Source: Phoronis australis
Lineage: Eukaryota; Animalia; Phoronida
Direction: 5' to 3'
NCBI GenBank assembly: GCA_002633005.1
Contig: NMRA01000381.1
Span: forward strand, 1 to 57,084
Length of the DNA: 57,084 nucleotides
Made by a program: the position numbers and the translations under genes. The notes below the pieces were generated by a model. It saw only the letters and a program-made list of their open reading frames with translations, ran no database searches and was not told where the DNA came from. Positions 12,388-24,700 of the stretch are shown here, in pieces; the stretch's first letter is position 1, and each line of letters begins with the position of its first letter.

Positions 12388-13005
12388 CCCATCCCAAACC
12401 ACAGACATCTTCTGATCGTCCCAATACACTGTAGCATACATACTACTTGGACGATCAGAAACTGAGGAAGCCTGTGTCCAAACCTTACCAAATGCAGTCT
12501 CACTTTTTTAAATTTAATGTTATATAATTTCTAGTTAAGCCAGTTAAGGTGTCTTACCTTAATTTAGAAAATACTGTATGGAACATGTAGCTTCTCAGCT
12601 TGCTGCGGCGTCCACAGGCGATGTACTGCCCACTTTTACTATTGACAACATGATTTCACTCCAAAAAGATCGACCTTAACGCAGCACATCAACAACAGTC
12701 TATGGTAGGTCTAAAACAATTACAATACAGTCAATTTCTATCGACATGTCTGGGCTTCCCACTTGTTTTTAGGCGAACATAACGACTTCCAAACTACTAT
12801 TAAAGTAAAAATTTAAATTAAATTTCCAGTTAAACAAATCTACTTATTAAATTAAATTATTACAATTCATGGAACAAATTAATAAAATTACATAATAACA
12901 ATATTTTGACCAGTAAATTACACTATTCACCTAAACCGAAAAACAAGACTGGGTGAGTTATGAATACTTCAACGAATATAGCGATCCTAGTGGTGTAAAG
13001 GTGAA

Positions 13006-13794
13006 CCTTAATACCCCTTGATAAGCGCTTTAGTTATTTGCCGGGTCCGGCGGGCTTAGAACTGAACGCGTGCATGGGCACAATTTTATGTTTTTGAAAT
13101 TACAAGATCACACACATAAGCTGTATTAAAAAAATGTCCGTACCATAATAAAGTGATTACTTTCATTCCAAAACCAATGAAACCACGGTTACGTGCAAAC
13201 GGGTCCAGGGCCATCATTACAATTTTACCTGTCAAAGAAAATTGAAGCAAATTATTACAAGATTGCCGCTTCATATCAATCCTATGGTGATCACCCAATA
13301 TAATTTGGATTGTTCTCATTGGGAATTGTTGCTGTGACAAACGATTTTATTGTTCAGACCGAGTCTCAACACGTGCATGTGGCCGGGCACTCAGCGGGCG
13401 GGTCCCCGGCCGGCGGGGCCGTGTGAGGCCGCCGGTGTTCCCTGGAAAGACACCGTAGGTGTCTCATTTGAAAAACAATATTCAACTCAAAACACTTTAT
13501 CAGTGTGTCACAGAATCGATATTATGATTCTTGGTCCCATGACCATCTTTCCTTATTTTAAGTACGCCTACCTTTGAGCGAACACGACGGCGGCCGGGTG
13601 CCGCGTGACGGTGAGCCCGCCCAGCTGTCTCAGTGGCGTTTGCCTGTTTAAGCTAAAAAAATCATATGTTGTTCCAATATTTTGGGTTGTTTGAGGGTTA
13701 CAGGGCATTATTTTGTTAATGAAACCTGGATGGAAATGTCGTTGTGATAGGCCGCGGATTTGACTCTAATTTTTTAGAAAAAGGGCTCTCAAGG
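13006..13794. mobile_element. Possible non-autonomous DNA transposon with short CCTT...AAGG termini and GC-rich internal islands
   Basis: Ends ccttaatacccctt / aagggctctcaagg match 11/14 as inverted repeats; GC-rich patches at about 13040, 13380-13440 and 13585-13625. Target-site duplication is not clear. Confidence 0.35.
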
Positions 13795-14728
13795 CTTAGT
13801 TTCAGAGAAGCAGGCCCAGTTCAAAGCCCAACATTTCATTCAAATGACGTACCGTTACTTAATACCGTTAATTCAAGACAACCACGATATAGCAACAATT
13901 TTATATCGCATCGTGACTCAGAAAAATTTAGTTCCACTGAGCAACTATACGTCTGTAACATGTAGGCCTAGTCATAAATCCCTTGTCTTCCAACTGAGTA
14001 TACAACTAGCAGGTTTATGGAAAAACTATTTTATCTAAGTTTAGAAAGAAAAGTACGGGTCTATAATAGCCACGTCCCAACAGTTTCTACCAGAGGATAT
14101 CGATTCAGTGTTAAAACGTCGTTAGCAAATACTACTCTTTCAGCCTTTTTAAAATATTAATTATGGGTCGATATTACCGGTTCAAATACTGACAGAGATT
14201 GCATTTTATTTGCTTGTCCAAGCGGGTATTGAATTACCCGGCCGTAACCGCAAGAACTTTCCGGGGTGAGGCCAAAACAAACTCATTAAATGTGTCAGTT
14301 AGGCCTATTGCACCCACTTCAGTTTTCGTCCATTCTGGTATCTCGATTCCCGAGTTGGATTTTGAAAACAGAATTACCCGACTTATACTATTCACCTTGT
14401 TCCCAAATTTGTTCATAGCAATTCTCGGAATTTCCTGAAAGATCACTTTTCTGCTCTCAAACCAGTCGTCGTTTATATATGAAGAAGTAACAATGGTCTA
14501 TTCGCGGTCCACATCAGTGCATTCAAAACCTTTTTGAACTTAGCAATTATTATATGAAATTTTCTTCTTGGCCACCTCAGAGTCATCACAAAAATTAATA
14601 CACTTCATTTATTAATACAATTCATTAATTCATTAATCATTGTCATTATGTTACTTCCTGAATCATGTTCAACTCAATATCACGATAAGTAATTGTCTAA
14701 CTTACATTTTGCAATCTTATTTCATCAT

Positions 14729-15077
14729 CGCCACCATCTCCACCACCAATTCCACCACCACCTCCACCACCAACTACACCACCATCTCCACCAACACCGC
14801 CACCACCACCTCCACCGCCAACACCACCACCACCACCACCAACACCACCACCATCACCATCAGTTCTAGTTTGCACTTACTATGTCTTTATGGTGTCAAT
14901 GATGTCTTTTATGTTGTAGTAGACAGCCAGAATGGATTTATACAGGTCAAACAATGGCTTGAAGAGATATTCAAATGGTTCCAACAAGTTACTNACTGCC
15001 AACACCATCACCACCTCCACTACCACCTCCACCAACACCACCACCACCTCCACCACCACCTCCACCACCATCACCAT
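14729..15077. repeat. Two degenerate (CAC)n microsatellite tracts (14729-14860, 14998-15077) around an N at 14994
   Basis: Directly visible; the poly-Thr/His/Val ORFs in the track come from this repeat. Confidence 0.9.
14881..14993 (-). other. Orphan exon-like fragment between the CAC tracts
   Basis: Open frame SNLLEPFEYLFKPLFDLYKSILAVYYNIKDIIDTIKT followed by a consensus donor TA|GTAAGT (14880-14875); 5' side cut by the N. Confidence 0.4.
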
Positions 15078-17001
15078 GATAAACTTTGTAGTGCTATTTA
15101 AACCCCAAAACCGTTTGGTTTAGGAATTCAACATTGGCTGATAAACAGGGCGAAGTGAAACTTTAAGAAATACATTGTTTTTGGTGTTTGATTCTCGTTT
15201 TCAGAAAACGACGCACGTGCACCAACTGTTTTTGAGAAAAAGCCAGCCATTGGCAAACCGAAGCTTGAAACTTTTTTTGTGTTCTGATCTGGAAGAAATC
15301 AAGTAAGAATTAAATAAGTAAATAATATTTTTGTCGCATGGTATTTGATATTAGAAGTTGGCGTGCCTTGATTTATACAGCTGTCAACATAAGCATCATG
15401 AATCCGGGAGTAATGTCACAATTAAATCATTTATTAAAAGTCGCTTTTAATAAGTTGTAGCCAGACTTCTCAGGTGATCATTGAGACATGCGAGACCAGG
15501 AAAGACGGCTCTTACTTAGTAGTCATTTTGACCTGTTCCTCAATTTCAAGCCAGTCGAGCACAGCGAACGAACACAAGGAGACCATCATCACTGTAACAA
15601 TGAGAAACATTCGAGGGTTTTCATCATTAATCTGGGAAAAATGGAAGGAAAATATTCATGGCTTGCGTCAAATAATATTTTCCTAGTTTTTAAGAAAATC
15701 TGGAATTTGAAAAGTGGAACGCGTTATCGCCAATCATTCATGGATATTGCGACAGAGTTATTCAGGACCGGATAATAAGCAGTTGTGGGGCCCGTAACAT
15801 AAGTTAGGGTTAGCCAACTCCAATGAAATCTGAAGTGTTTTTTTTCTAACGGAAATAGAATCCTATCGTGGTAAGGAATATTATAAAATGGATTTTATGA
15901 GAGTAAAAGGCCTAATTCGATTTTGTTTTGCAGTCCACTAAACAGGACAAAATACAGCCTTCATTCGCAACTGTTGAAGTCACACAAGTTTCTCAGCGCA
16001 GTATTTCTTCGGAGTTACAGGACCTTAAAACCAGTATAATGACGAGATATATCTTTTTAGTGGTTTTACCGGTTCAGTGATTTTTACAGGATGAGTATGC
16101 ATAACCCCGGTGTCACTACCCCGAGTCGTGTCCTGAAGTGTATTTAAAATCAGTAACGGGGCGTGCTGCCTCAGTGCAGACGCTTTACGCCCAAAGAATA
16201 GAAAGTGTGATAACTGAGTCGTTACCTGTTTTGGTAATACTTCAACACTGACCCGATGTGACACCTGGAGAAGACATAAGTATTTGTGCGGTGTTCTTAC
16301 GCTTTTGAATATCGAAAGGTTATTTACCGGATATTGCTCAAAATTTGATTCGGCTCATTTCCGCGATACGCTGACGACATCTAAATTGTTTGATGTTCCT
16401 TGAGCTCACAACAATAGTTTTGTTTACAGAGACGTGTTTTCTTATTGCTACTGTCTTTTGTTGGATTTATTGTCGGCAAATCGTTTAGTGATATCAGAGT
16501 AAATACGCACTGACGCACCGTCGCTATTATTCGTTGCTAAACACTCGGACAGGCACAAAGAAGGAATGCCGTGCTCTGAAAAGGTGTTATCTTCATCGTA
16601 GAAAGACACCGTTTCTATCTGCAGTATACTCCGATTTCGACAGCTTTCGTGTTTTATACCACGAGAATTAACGCATCAGCGGTGCTGAGAAAGCAACTTG
16701 AGCAGTATTGGATTTTGCTGTGTTTCTCACTTTTTCTGTCTACAGAATGGAACCAGTTTCTGGCTATTGGATGATGACATCTCCGAATAAGCGGATTAAC
16801 CTGCTACAAATCATGATATCTAACTTAAGATAAACAAAGACTGCGTAAAGACGATTAATTCATCTTGACAACTGCAAAATACATGACATCAGGTGGGGCA
16901 AAAACGAATTATTCAGACGGAACTGGCAAAGGATGAGGTAACTGGAGTATTACAGGGGTGTGAAACAACGTAACAACACTGTATGACGGAAAAAGACTAT
17001 A

Positions 17002-18804
17002 ATGAGCGCTGTTCTTGGACCCAAGAGAAAATGGTCTAAGACCGAACTGTACGCTCATCGAAAAAACAAAGCAGAGGACAAGTATCTGCAACAAAAACTT
17101 GTCGAGTTGAAGAGAGAATTTCATGGAGTAAGCTCGAAAACAATTGATGAAATTCGCGAAGTCAACGGATGGTTTAAACCGATACGCCAACATACGGGGC
17201 ACAGCCCGTGGGCGTTACCACCAGCAAGTGCGAACGGAAGAAGAAGGATGAATAGACCACTGTCTAGCGAATCAATTGACAGTACGCGAAGTCTGCCTTC
17301 GTGTACTGTAGATGTGAACAGGAAAAGTTTTCCACCGAACAAAGGAAACGACAGTCGCAAAATTATTTCAAAAATTCCATCCACTTCTGTTAAAGTAAAA
17401 TATAACACTTTTGTTAGAAAACCAAAATCAGGAAATACAAATAAAACAAGTGAACCAAATCCGTCTCAACATTCTCCGTCGAGTGCAAAACAGAGTGCGG
17501 CGTCGAAACCAAGAACACCGTTTTTCATTACTGAAACGAAAAAATCTTCGGCGAAAGAGAGCACCGGCGGCACGTTGAATGCTGCTGGAAAAAAAATTGA
17601 CAATCGCAGTAGCCTGGATCTAAGTCTCACCACTGGAAAAAAATGTTCTATGCCCAAACTAACAAATATAAAAGTAACTGCTGCAGAAAACAAAAGTAAA
17701 ATTAGTGATCAATCTTCCACCAACGGACAAGACAACGATACTTTGTGCGGGGAAGACATAGTGGGGAATAATTCATTCGAAAGGGGATATTCTATGATAA
17801 CAAACATGCCGGCTGTTTATGAAATAGAAGAGAGAAAGCAAAAGCGGTTAAGCGTTTCGATGAAACAAGCTGACATCGTCAAATATGCTTTGTCTGACAG
17901 GAGCGACAGCCCGGATATCATTCCTGAGAATGAACTGAATGTCTTTTGTGACAGCGATGAGGAAGTTGGAGATGATGACGCAGAACACACTGTGCCACAA
18001 CTTAATATGGCAAAAGTGGAAAAAATGGAGAAGAAACTAGAGAAAATTGAGGAGAGGAATAAGCGTTTGTTTAAAAGGTCGTCTGGTGTGATTGCCACGT
18101 TTGTGAAACTTGCTTCGAAATCTTCAAAAACGCAAGATGAGAAGGTTTCAGGGCTTGGTCAAGAATCTGTTAAACATCAGGCGGTTGCCAGTCTTCCTGC
18201 TGTTGAATTTCTCGGAAACACTTTACAACACAAAGAGTCGAACTTTGTAGTTTCTGATAAATATGAAACTTCGTCGGATGAACATAGATTTGCTGTCAAT
18301 AACTCTATTCAAAATACTCTTGACATAAGCTCAAAGAATCTACAACCTCCACGACAAAATGAGGAAAATCCGTTAGTCTCTCAGTCTCATAAACTGAAGA
18401 CAGGGTTTTCTTTGCTTAATCGTAAATTCGGAGATTCCAAGACAGAAAAATATGGGAACTGGACCGGTATTCAACCGCCTCCTGCGCCACCAGCTCCTAT
18501 CATTCCAAATATGGAGAAAGTTAGTCAGCGCGCGCAACAGCGTCAAGAGAACATCCGTCGGCGTTATATGTACGACAATCCGATCGGACTACGCGGGAAG
18601 CGGGATGACCAGAAAGTTGTCATATCGAAAGCTGACGTGAGAAAAATGGCGAGCGAACTGATCAAACAACACGATAACGATAAAGCCTTGAGGAAGAGGA
18701 AAAGTCAAACAGAACCGAGTGAGAAACTAACATTAAGTGACAGGATAAAGATGTTTATGACTGTAATAGATCAATATTGTATGAGCTCGCAATTGGATCT
18801 GTGA
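17002..18804 (+). CDS. Uncharacterised 600-aa protein, single coding exon (family member 1): N-terminal helical motif, long Ser/Lys-rich low-complexity region, C-terminal helix
   Basis: 1.8-kb uninterrupted ORF in AT-rich DNA; upstream acceptor tttttctgtctacag ending 16745; AATAAA at 18855 and 18951; no transposon or enzyme motifs recognised. Confidence 0.85.
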   Translation: MSAVLGPKRKWSKTELYAHRKNKAEDKYLQQKLVELKREFHGVSSKTIDEIREVNGWFKPIRQHTGHSPWALPPASANGRRRMNRPLSSESIDSTRSLPSCTVDVNRKSFPPNKGNDSRKIISKIPSTSVKVKYNTFVRKPKSGNTNKTSEPNPSQHSPSSAKQSAASKPRTPFFITETKKSSAKESTGGTLNAAGKKIDNRSSLDLSLTTGKKCSMPKLTNIKVTAAENKSKISDQSSTNGQDNDTLCGEDIVGNNSFERGYSMITNMPAVYEIEERKQKRLSVSMKQADIVKYALSDRSDSPDIIPENELNVFCDSDEEVGDDDAEHTVPQLNMAKVEKMEKKLEKIEERNKRLFKRSSGVIATFVKLASKSSKTQDEKVSGLGQESVKHQAVASLPAVEFLGNTLQHKESNFVVSDKYETSSDEHRFAVNNSIQNTLDISSKNLQPPRQNEENPLVSQSHKLKTGFSLLNRKFGDSKTEKYGNWTGIQPPPAPPAPIIPNMEKVSQRAQQRQENIRRRYMYDNPIGLRGKRDDQKVVISKADVRKMASELIKQHDNDKALRKRKSQTEPSEKLTLSDRIKMFMTVIDQYCMSSQLDL

Positions 18805-19749
18805 ATAGATCATAATCATAGTTGACCTGTATACCCTGCATTGCGCAAACTTGAAATAAAAAATACTCCATTTATAAGAGATGTTCTCTGGAGGTGTTAA
18901 ATCCGTTCACACCGATAAAACGCAGTTTTTAGAGTTACCAGTTGAAACAAAATAAAGTGTAAGTCTAATGCGAAAGAGCAGTGCTACTTTCTGAACACGC
19001 GTAGACATTTGCTTCTAGAATAACTCTTTTTATTGTACCGTGATAAATATACTCTTGAAAAAGAATGTCAATACATTAGCAATCAGCACTCTTCAGACGT
19101 ATTACAACCATACTGTTGATTTGTGTAGAAAAATAAGACACATTTGTTGAATGTACAGCTTTCCTAACTAGGACTACCTAAAAGTTTTGGCCGGCAGTTC
19201 ATCACAGTGCAACGAAGGACAAAGTATCTGACAGATGCTCAAATCTCCTAATACAGACGCAAATGGCTTATTGCATGAAAAGCCAACTTGTAGAGTTTTT
19301 TCTCGAGCAATAACGAATTGTCCAAACCAAGAAATTACTTCTAATTTCACAATGGAACAACTTTGAGACAACTTTCCTAACTGTAAGTGGTCCGGCAAAT
19401 CAAAAATTAGTTTGTTAGAATGGGGACTTATAACCACTTTAAGATTCATATTTTACATAAATGGGAAAGAACAATTTATGCTACGTTTTCTTATGAATAA
19501 CGTAACTCGACCGTACTGAAAGTTTAGCACTTTAACCATCAAGTAAACAACATTTGTGAAATCGTCGGCGCACTTAGACGTCATATGTTTTGTGTGTAAG
19601 TGCCCCAGCCCACCTGCAGCAAACGTTCGTATGCTTTACAGCCATTAACCAATATAAAGACGCTAAAAGAACAGGGCCAAGGTCAATTTAAAGTTTGTTA
19701 TTTGATCTTGTTGATCCTTCAAATGTAACAACAAACAAAAGACACCAAT

Positions 19750-19860
19750 GTACATTAGACGAGGGCAGTTTGCTTTCACCATGTCATGACATGTATACCC
19801 AACGTACATTAGACGAGGGCAGTTTGCTTTCACCATGTCATGACATGTATACCCAACGTA
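19750..19860. repeat. Perfect 54-bp tandem duplication
   Basis: gtacattagacgagggcagtttgctttcaccatgtcatgacatgtatacccaac at 19750 and 19804. Confidence 0.95.
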
Positions 19861-20790
19861 AACGTTATTACAGTCTCACAATTAAATAAATATTTTCTTT
19901 CCAACGAAAGCTTTCGTCAACAGGATATTCACATATGTATCTCCTTTAATCTTACACCGAATTGAACGTCCATACACACAGAAGAAATTTCAAAAAAGCC
20001 ATTGTCCGGCAGGGAAGAGTTTTTGAAAAACTGTTGTTACCTAAGGACGCAAAGAAATTGTTCCTTGTGAGGGGGATGAAATTTAGCAAATGAGAAATAA
20101 AAACTCACCGCGTTCAGTCGTTGGATTGTGCCAATGTTGTGCTGAATAAAAAAGATACGACGACGGATTTTCACGTAAATTCATATTTCCACGCGTAGAG
20201 TCAGCCGTTTAATGTTTAAAAACATCCCCGTAATCACATGTTTGTCTATGAACTAAAAACAGCAAATGAAATCTATAAACTATGATGGTCGGTGACCCAG
20301 TTACCGAAATATTCAATCAAACCAAGGTAAAAATGCGTAGAAGTGATACTGACACTTCATTTAGAAAGTTTGTGCTATTGAAGTGTGACTTGACTGATGA
20401 CTGATTTTGAACTGGTCTTTCATTCTCAGCAGGCATGATATCTTGTGATGCGCTGCATCTGTGTGCCTAAAGAGGGCGCTTGAATATTGAGTCTATGATG
20501 GGTGCGTTATTTCAATTTATATTGAAATTCGATGTAGCCATCTTCACACTGAAAGCATAATCGTTTGTATATTGGGTTATTGTTACAGAAACGTTACAGT
20601 AAAAGATATCCGTCCAATATTTTCAATTATGATGATCCAATAAAAGATGTCTGTCCAATATGTTTCTGTGCTCAGTTATAATGATACAGAAAATAGATAT
20701 CTGTTGACGTTCAAGTTGGCAGTTATCAAGACCAAGTAACCTAACAGTGTCCACTGAAACAGACACGTGAGTACAGCTACTAGTGTATAG

Positions 20791-21675
20791 TATGAGGCGA
20801 GGAAAGGGCAAAAATTGTGAAAAAGGAATGCCAACCCTGTTTTGTAAATTCAACTCTATTTAATAAATTCAGTCCTATTTAAAATATAATTTTATAAGTA
20901 AATCCTATTTTGTAAATTTAATACTACTGAAAAAATCATTTCTGTTTTGTAAATTCAATTCTATGTAAAACAAACCTGTTTAGAAGCGAACCCGTTTCGG
21001 AGAATCGAGCATGTTTTATAAAATCGACACCGTTTTGTAAATTCTGTTGGCGATTCGTAAAATTAATCCTGCTATGAAAGGCTGAGGCCCGCATCCGTAT
21101 TAACGCCGCTCCTTCCAAGTTAGGCAGATCCAAAAGCCTTCGAGACGAGTGCTCAAGTATGTATATATTTCCATCATAAAAATTGTCTGCAAGAATCTGT
21201 TCTTGAATATCTCATTGACAAAGAGAGCCAGGGTGGGCTCCACCATTTTAGTCACGTGATAAACTAGTTCCACTTCCCACAGACAGGATTTGTAAAATAG
21301 AATCTTCGAAACGGGATAATTTTCTATTTAAACACGATTGACTTTACACGCTCGGTTTACGAATGTTGACCGAATCTCCGTAACGGGATTGAATACATGC
21401 ATGTAGTATGATTCTTTAAAACAGCATCTGACTTTATAAAAGCAAGGGATCTTTTGAGCAGGATAGAATTTATTGAGTTGAATCGAATTTTCGAACTAAG
21501 ATGAATTATCAAACAGGTTTGATTTTTATTTTAAATGGGGTTGAATTAATTAAGTATAATTGAATTTACGAAACAGGATTTTTTAAATAGGACTGAATTT
21601 ATTAAATAGAGTTAAATTCTCAAAACAGGGTTGATTTTCTTTTTTCACAATTTTTGCCCTTTCCGCCCTTCATTA
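20791..21675. mobile_element. MITE/Foldback-like element with long TIRs built from about 19-bp subrepeats
   Basis: Left ggaaagggcaaaaattgtgaaaaa..caaccctgttttg..aactctatttaataaattcagtcctatttaaaa is mirrored at about 21510-21675; subrepeat aaattcaatcctgttttgt recurs inward. Confidence 0.85.
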
Positions 21676-21694
21676 TTGGATTTGAGAGATTTGG

Positions 21695-21713
21695 TCGCTC
21701 CCTCTGGTGGCAA
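21695..21713 (-). promoter_or_regulatory. CTCF-like motif (TTGCCACCAGAGGGAGCG)
   Basis: Close match to the bilaterian CTCF core CCASYAGRKGGCRS; motif match only, binding unknown. Confidence 0.35.
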
Positions 21714-24700
21714 AGAAATTTGAGTGAAGTTATAAACAGGCAAAGAAATCCGTTTTGACAATTGTTTACAAAGAATATGTGCTCTTGGACAATGCGAAGG
21801 ATGTTAGAAATACTAAGAAATCGGGAGGTAACAAGTGAAAGTACTTTAATTTTACCAGCACGTGTAAAAAGAATGCAAATTGCTATAAAATAGTTATGAC
21901 AATTATTGAGAAAAACGATTTCAAACTTTGCAATTTCATATTTGTTTTAATGCGGATTTCATTATTAAATCTAAGCCATATGGGTTACAAGTCGAGGTTG
22001 TGTTATTCGAGAACAGGTCACTTTTTCTTGCAGGGTTAACATTGTATTTGAATAGGTGTGACAATCTATATTATCACATCAGATAGCAAGCTCACCGTAC
22101 ACTAAATCAAACCCTGACACTCTGCGCGGTCGCGACCAATTTCAACTACGTCCTCGGAATTGCAAAAATCGCTTGTAGGGTCATCGCCAATTTCGCACTC
22201 GTGGTCTCTGCGATCACCACACAATGAAGATTTTACTTACGAAGGCTTTACGAACCAACGAACGATCGTTTGCATTAAATACAAGTAACGCAAGGCAAGA
22301 TCAGAGATGATGACGTTCACAAAAAGCTTATTTGCGAATTCACGAGAAACATTCAATTTGGCACAGTATAGAAAACACCTTGTTGCATCGTAGAAAATTT
22401 CCCGTCAGAATACTTTTATATGGATACCACATGTAATGCCGCAACTGTGACTTCGTGTGTTAAGATTTACATTTTATGCACAGGGCTGAATAAGAAAAAA
22501 GATAGTTCATGCCATATTTTAAGATGAACGACGAAACTCGTTTTTCGCGACTAACTTTCAACTTTTACCATCAAAAATAATGTATTTGAACGAAATTGTT
22601 ATACATTTTGTGCGAAAGTACTCCGGCCCACCAGCAAAGAACGCTTAGTGGAAAGCTTTGCAGCCTTTAACTAATATAAACTAGACGCAGAGCCAAGGTC
22701 GGTTTAAAGTCGAAGAAGGTTTAGCAATAAACTCAAATTCAAACGGTTTATAAATATTAAACGCATGTTTCCGTTGGACAATTTACTTCAACTCGAGGCT
22801 AAGTATCAACAGTTAATGACTTCCGTCGTTTAAAGCCGCAGAAAACTATTTTCTGGGCTCGGGGTCTCATTTTTTACTCGAAATTGAATTCGAAATTATT
22901 TTTTTTCCGTTCTCCATTCTACTTTTGCACAAACTCAAGATATTCTACAAACTGCAACAGCGTTTTTGAAATTCCATTTTGAAAATTTATATTAAACTTA
23001 ATATGGTAATATTATTGATAAAGTTGTTCCGATATGAATGTACCACTCTTTTTCGCTAAATTTTGCCAAAGACATGGACACGTAATCAAACTACTGGCAG
23101 ATTGGTATGAGGTCACAAATCCACTTTCATGAAATATACACTTTTATTGAGTTATTTTTTTAGATATTAGACTAAAGGTAATGATAAGTTCATACATAAC
23201 TTTAAAGGTTGTAACTTCTCTATCAGTATGACGATGATTAAGGCAACATGTGTCCGAAAGGAGTTTAATGGCAAAACATTACACCATGTTTACGCACACA
23301 GTGCGGTTAAATTCTTCAAGACAACAAGCCTTGCCTAGGATACGGAAACCATGACAGGGCGACAGTATTCTTTGATTGGAACTTTAATCGTAAAGGAATA
23401 TTAAGTCAGCACGACCGCTGATAAGCTAACCTAGACCACGTGTTTCGTATTATCCGAGATGATGGTGAATATTCTCATGAACTTCACAGTACTGTAGAAG
23501 AAGTACGTCGATTTGAACGCGCTGGCTAAAGGTAATAATTTTGACATATCTTTGAATCCAGGACACGGAGTTGACATTAATAGTTCGGATAAAAATGTTA
23601 CATAACAGATTAAATACGCTATCTCTCTATAGCAAAATCTATGTGCTCATCAATTATATATGTCTGTGTAACTATCCTGTACCGACATTCGTGTATCAAA
23701 TTATATCTACAAACAGAGAAATTAGAAGATTCTTTGATCGCAGTTTAAGAAAACGAAGTTCGAGTGTCTTCATCCGGTATGAAATTACAACTTCATTTGC
23801 AATGCAAAACACACGCTCGCATTCGCGTGTACTGCCCACCAAAATGCTCCGACGCGTACTAGTCGAAATACGATTCCCGAACACTGAGCTAAACAAACGT
23901 TGACCATGACTTTATCAGAAAATAGGTCCTAGCTTACTCAGTGATTAATTGCTACTTTGATATTTCTAAAATACATGTAATCAGTCACAGATATTCAGAT
24001 TAGTCGCACAGTAGGAATTGTAATCTTTGATTAATTATTGGCAATGTCTGTAATACGATTCGGATTGCGAGTTGACACCAATCATTGCCTGAATCTCGTT
24101 CTTACTGAAAGTTATATTGGCTACGTACAACACTCTAAGAGTAACGCTCAACTTGAAAAGATGAAAATGAAAAAGCTTCACGCTCAATCTGATATCAAAC
24201 ACAACTTCGACAATATGAGCCAACCACTTCAGCAAATCTCGCATTTAATTCGATTATATTTACTTAACAACACGTATGCTTTTCAACTAAAACATTTTAT
24301 TGTGATGAAACAATTTGATAGTACGTTCTTAAAAGTCGTTCGGTCAATTTATAAGCGATCAACAAAAAATTAGTATTATTTCGACAAAGTTACCAAATTT
24401 AAGACTAGTTTGACGCTAACACTATTATTATACAGCGACCTAATCACAAGATAATAATTGTGTTAGTGTCAAATCAAAGATCCTTGACAACAGATATCAG
24501 AACCAAATTCCAACTCTACTATCATTTTGCCAATATGACATTGTGTGGTGCGATTCTGAACTCAGTAACTGGAGAATGATAATCCAAGACATCAATGGAT
24601 CGAGAAAGGTTTTCTGGTTATTTTAAGCTGAAAATATTCTAGATGGGTTTAATTGGTCGCATTTAAGATGATATAAGCACTAAATTAGTTTGAAATTATA

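Noticed and set aside
14640-15123. Thr/His-rich ORFs resembling a mucin or metal-binding protein
   Set aside because: Products of (CAC)n tracts and they cross an N.
17121-18098. Antisense ORFs overlapping the long ORFs (also 26223-26891 and 33029-34559)
   Set aside because: Expected shadows of real coding sequence; no independent support.
23330-23343. RFX X-box-like sites (cttgcctaggatac here; tttgctaggcaaa near 30576)
   Set aside because: Imperfect matches far from any mapped TSS; expected by chance.
23571-24373. 110-aa and 111-aa plus-strand ORFs as further family members
   Set aside because: No family motif or homology recognised; lengths within chance expectation.
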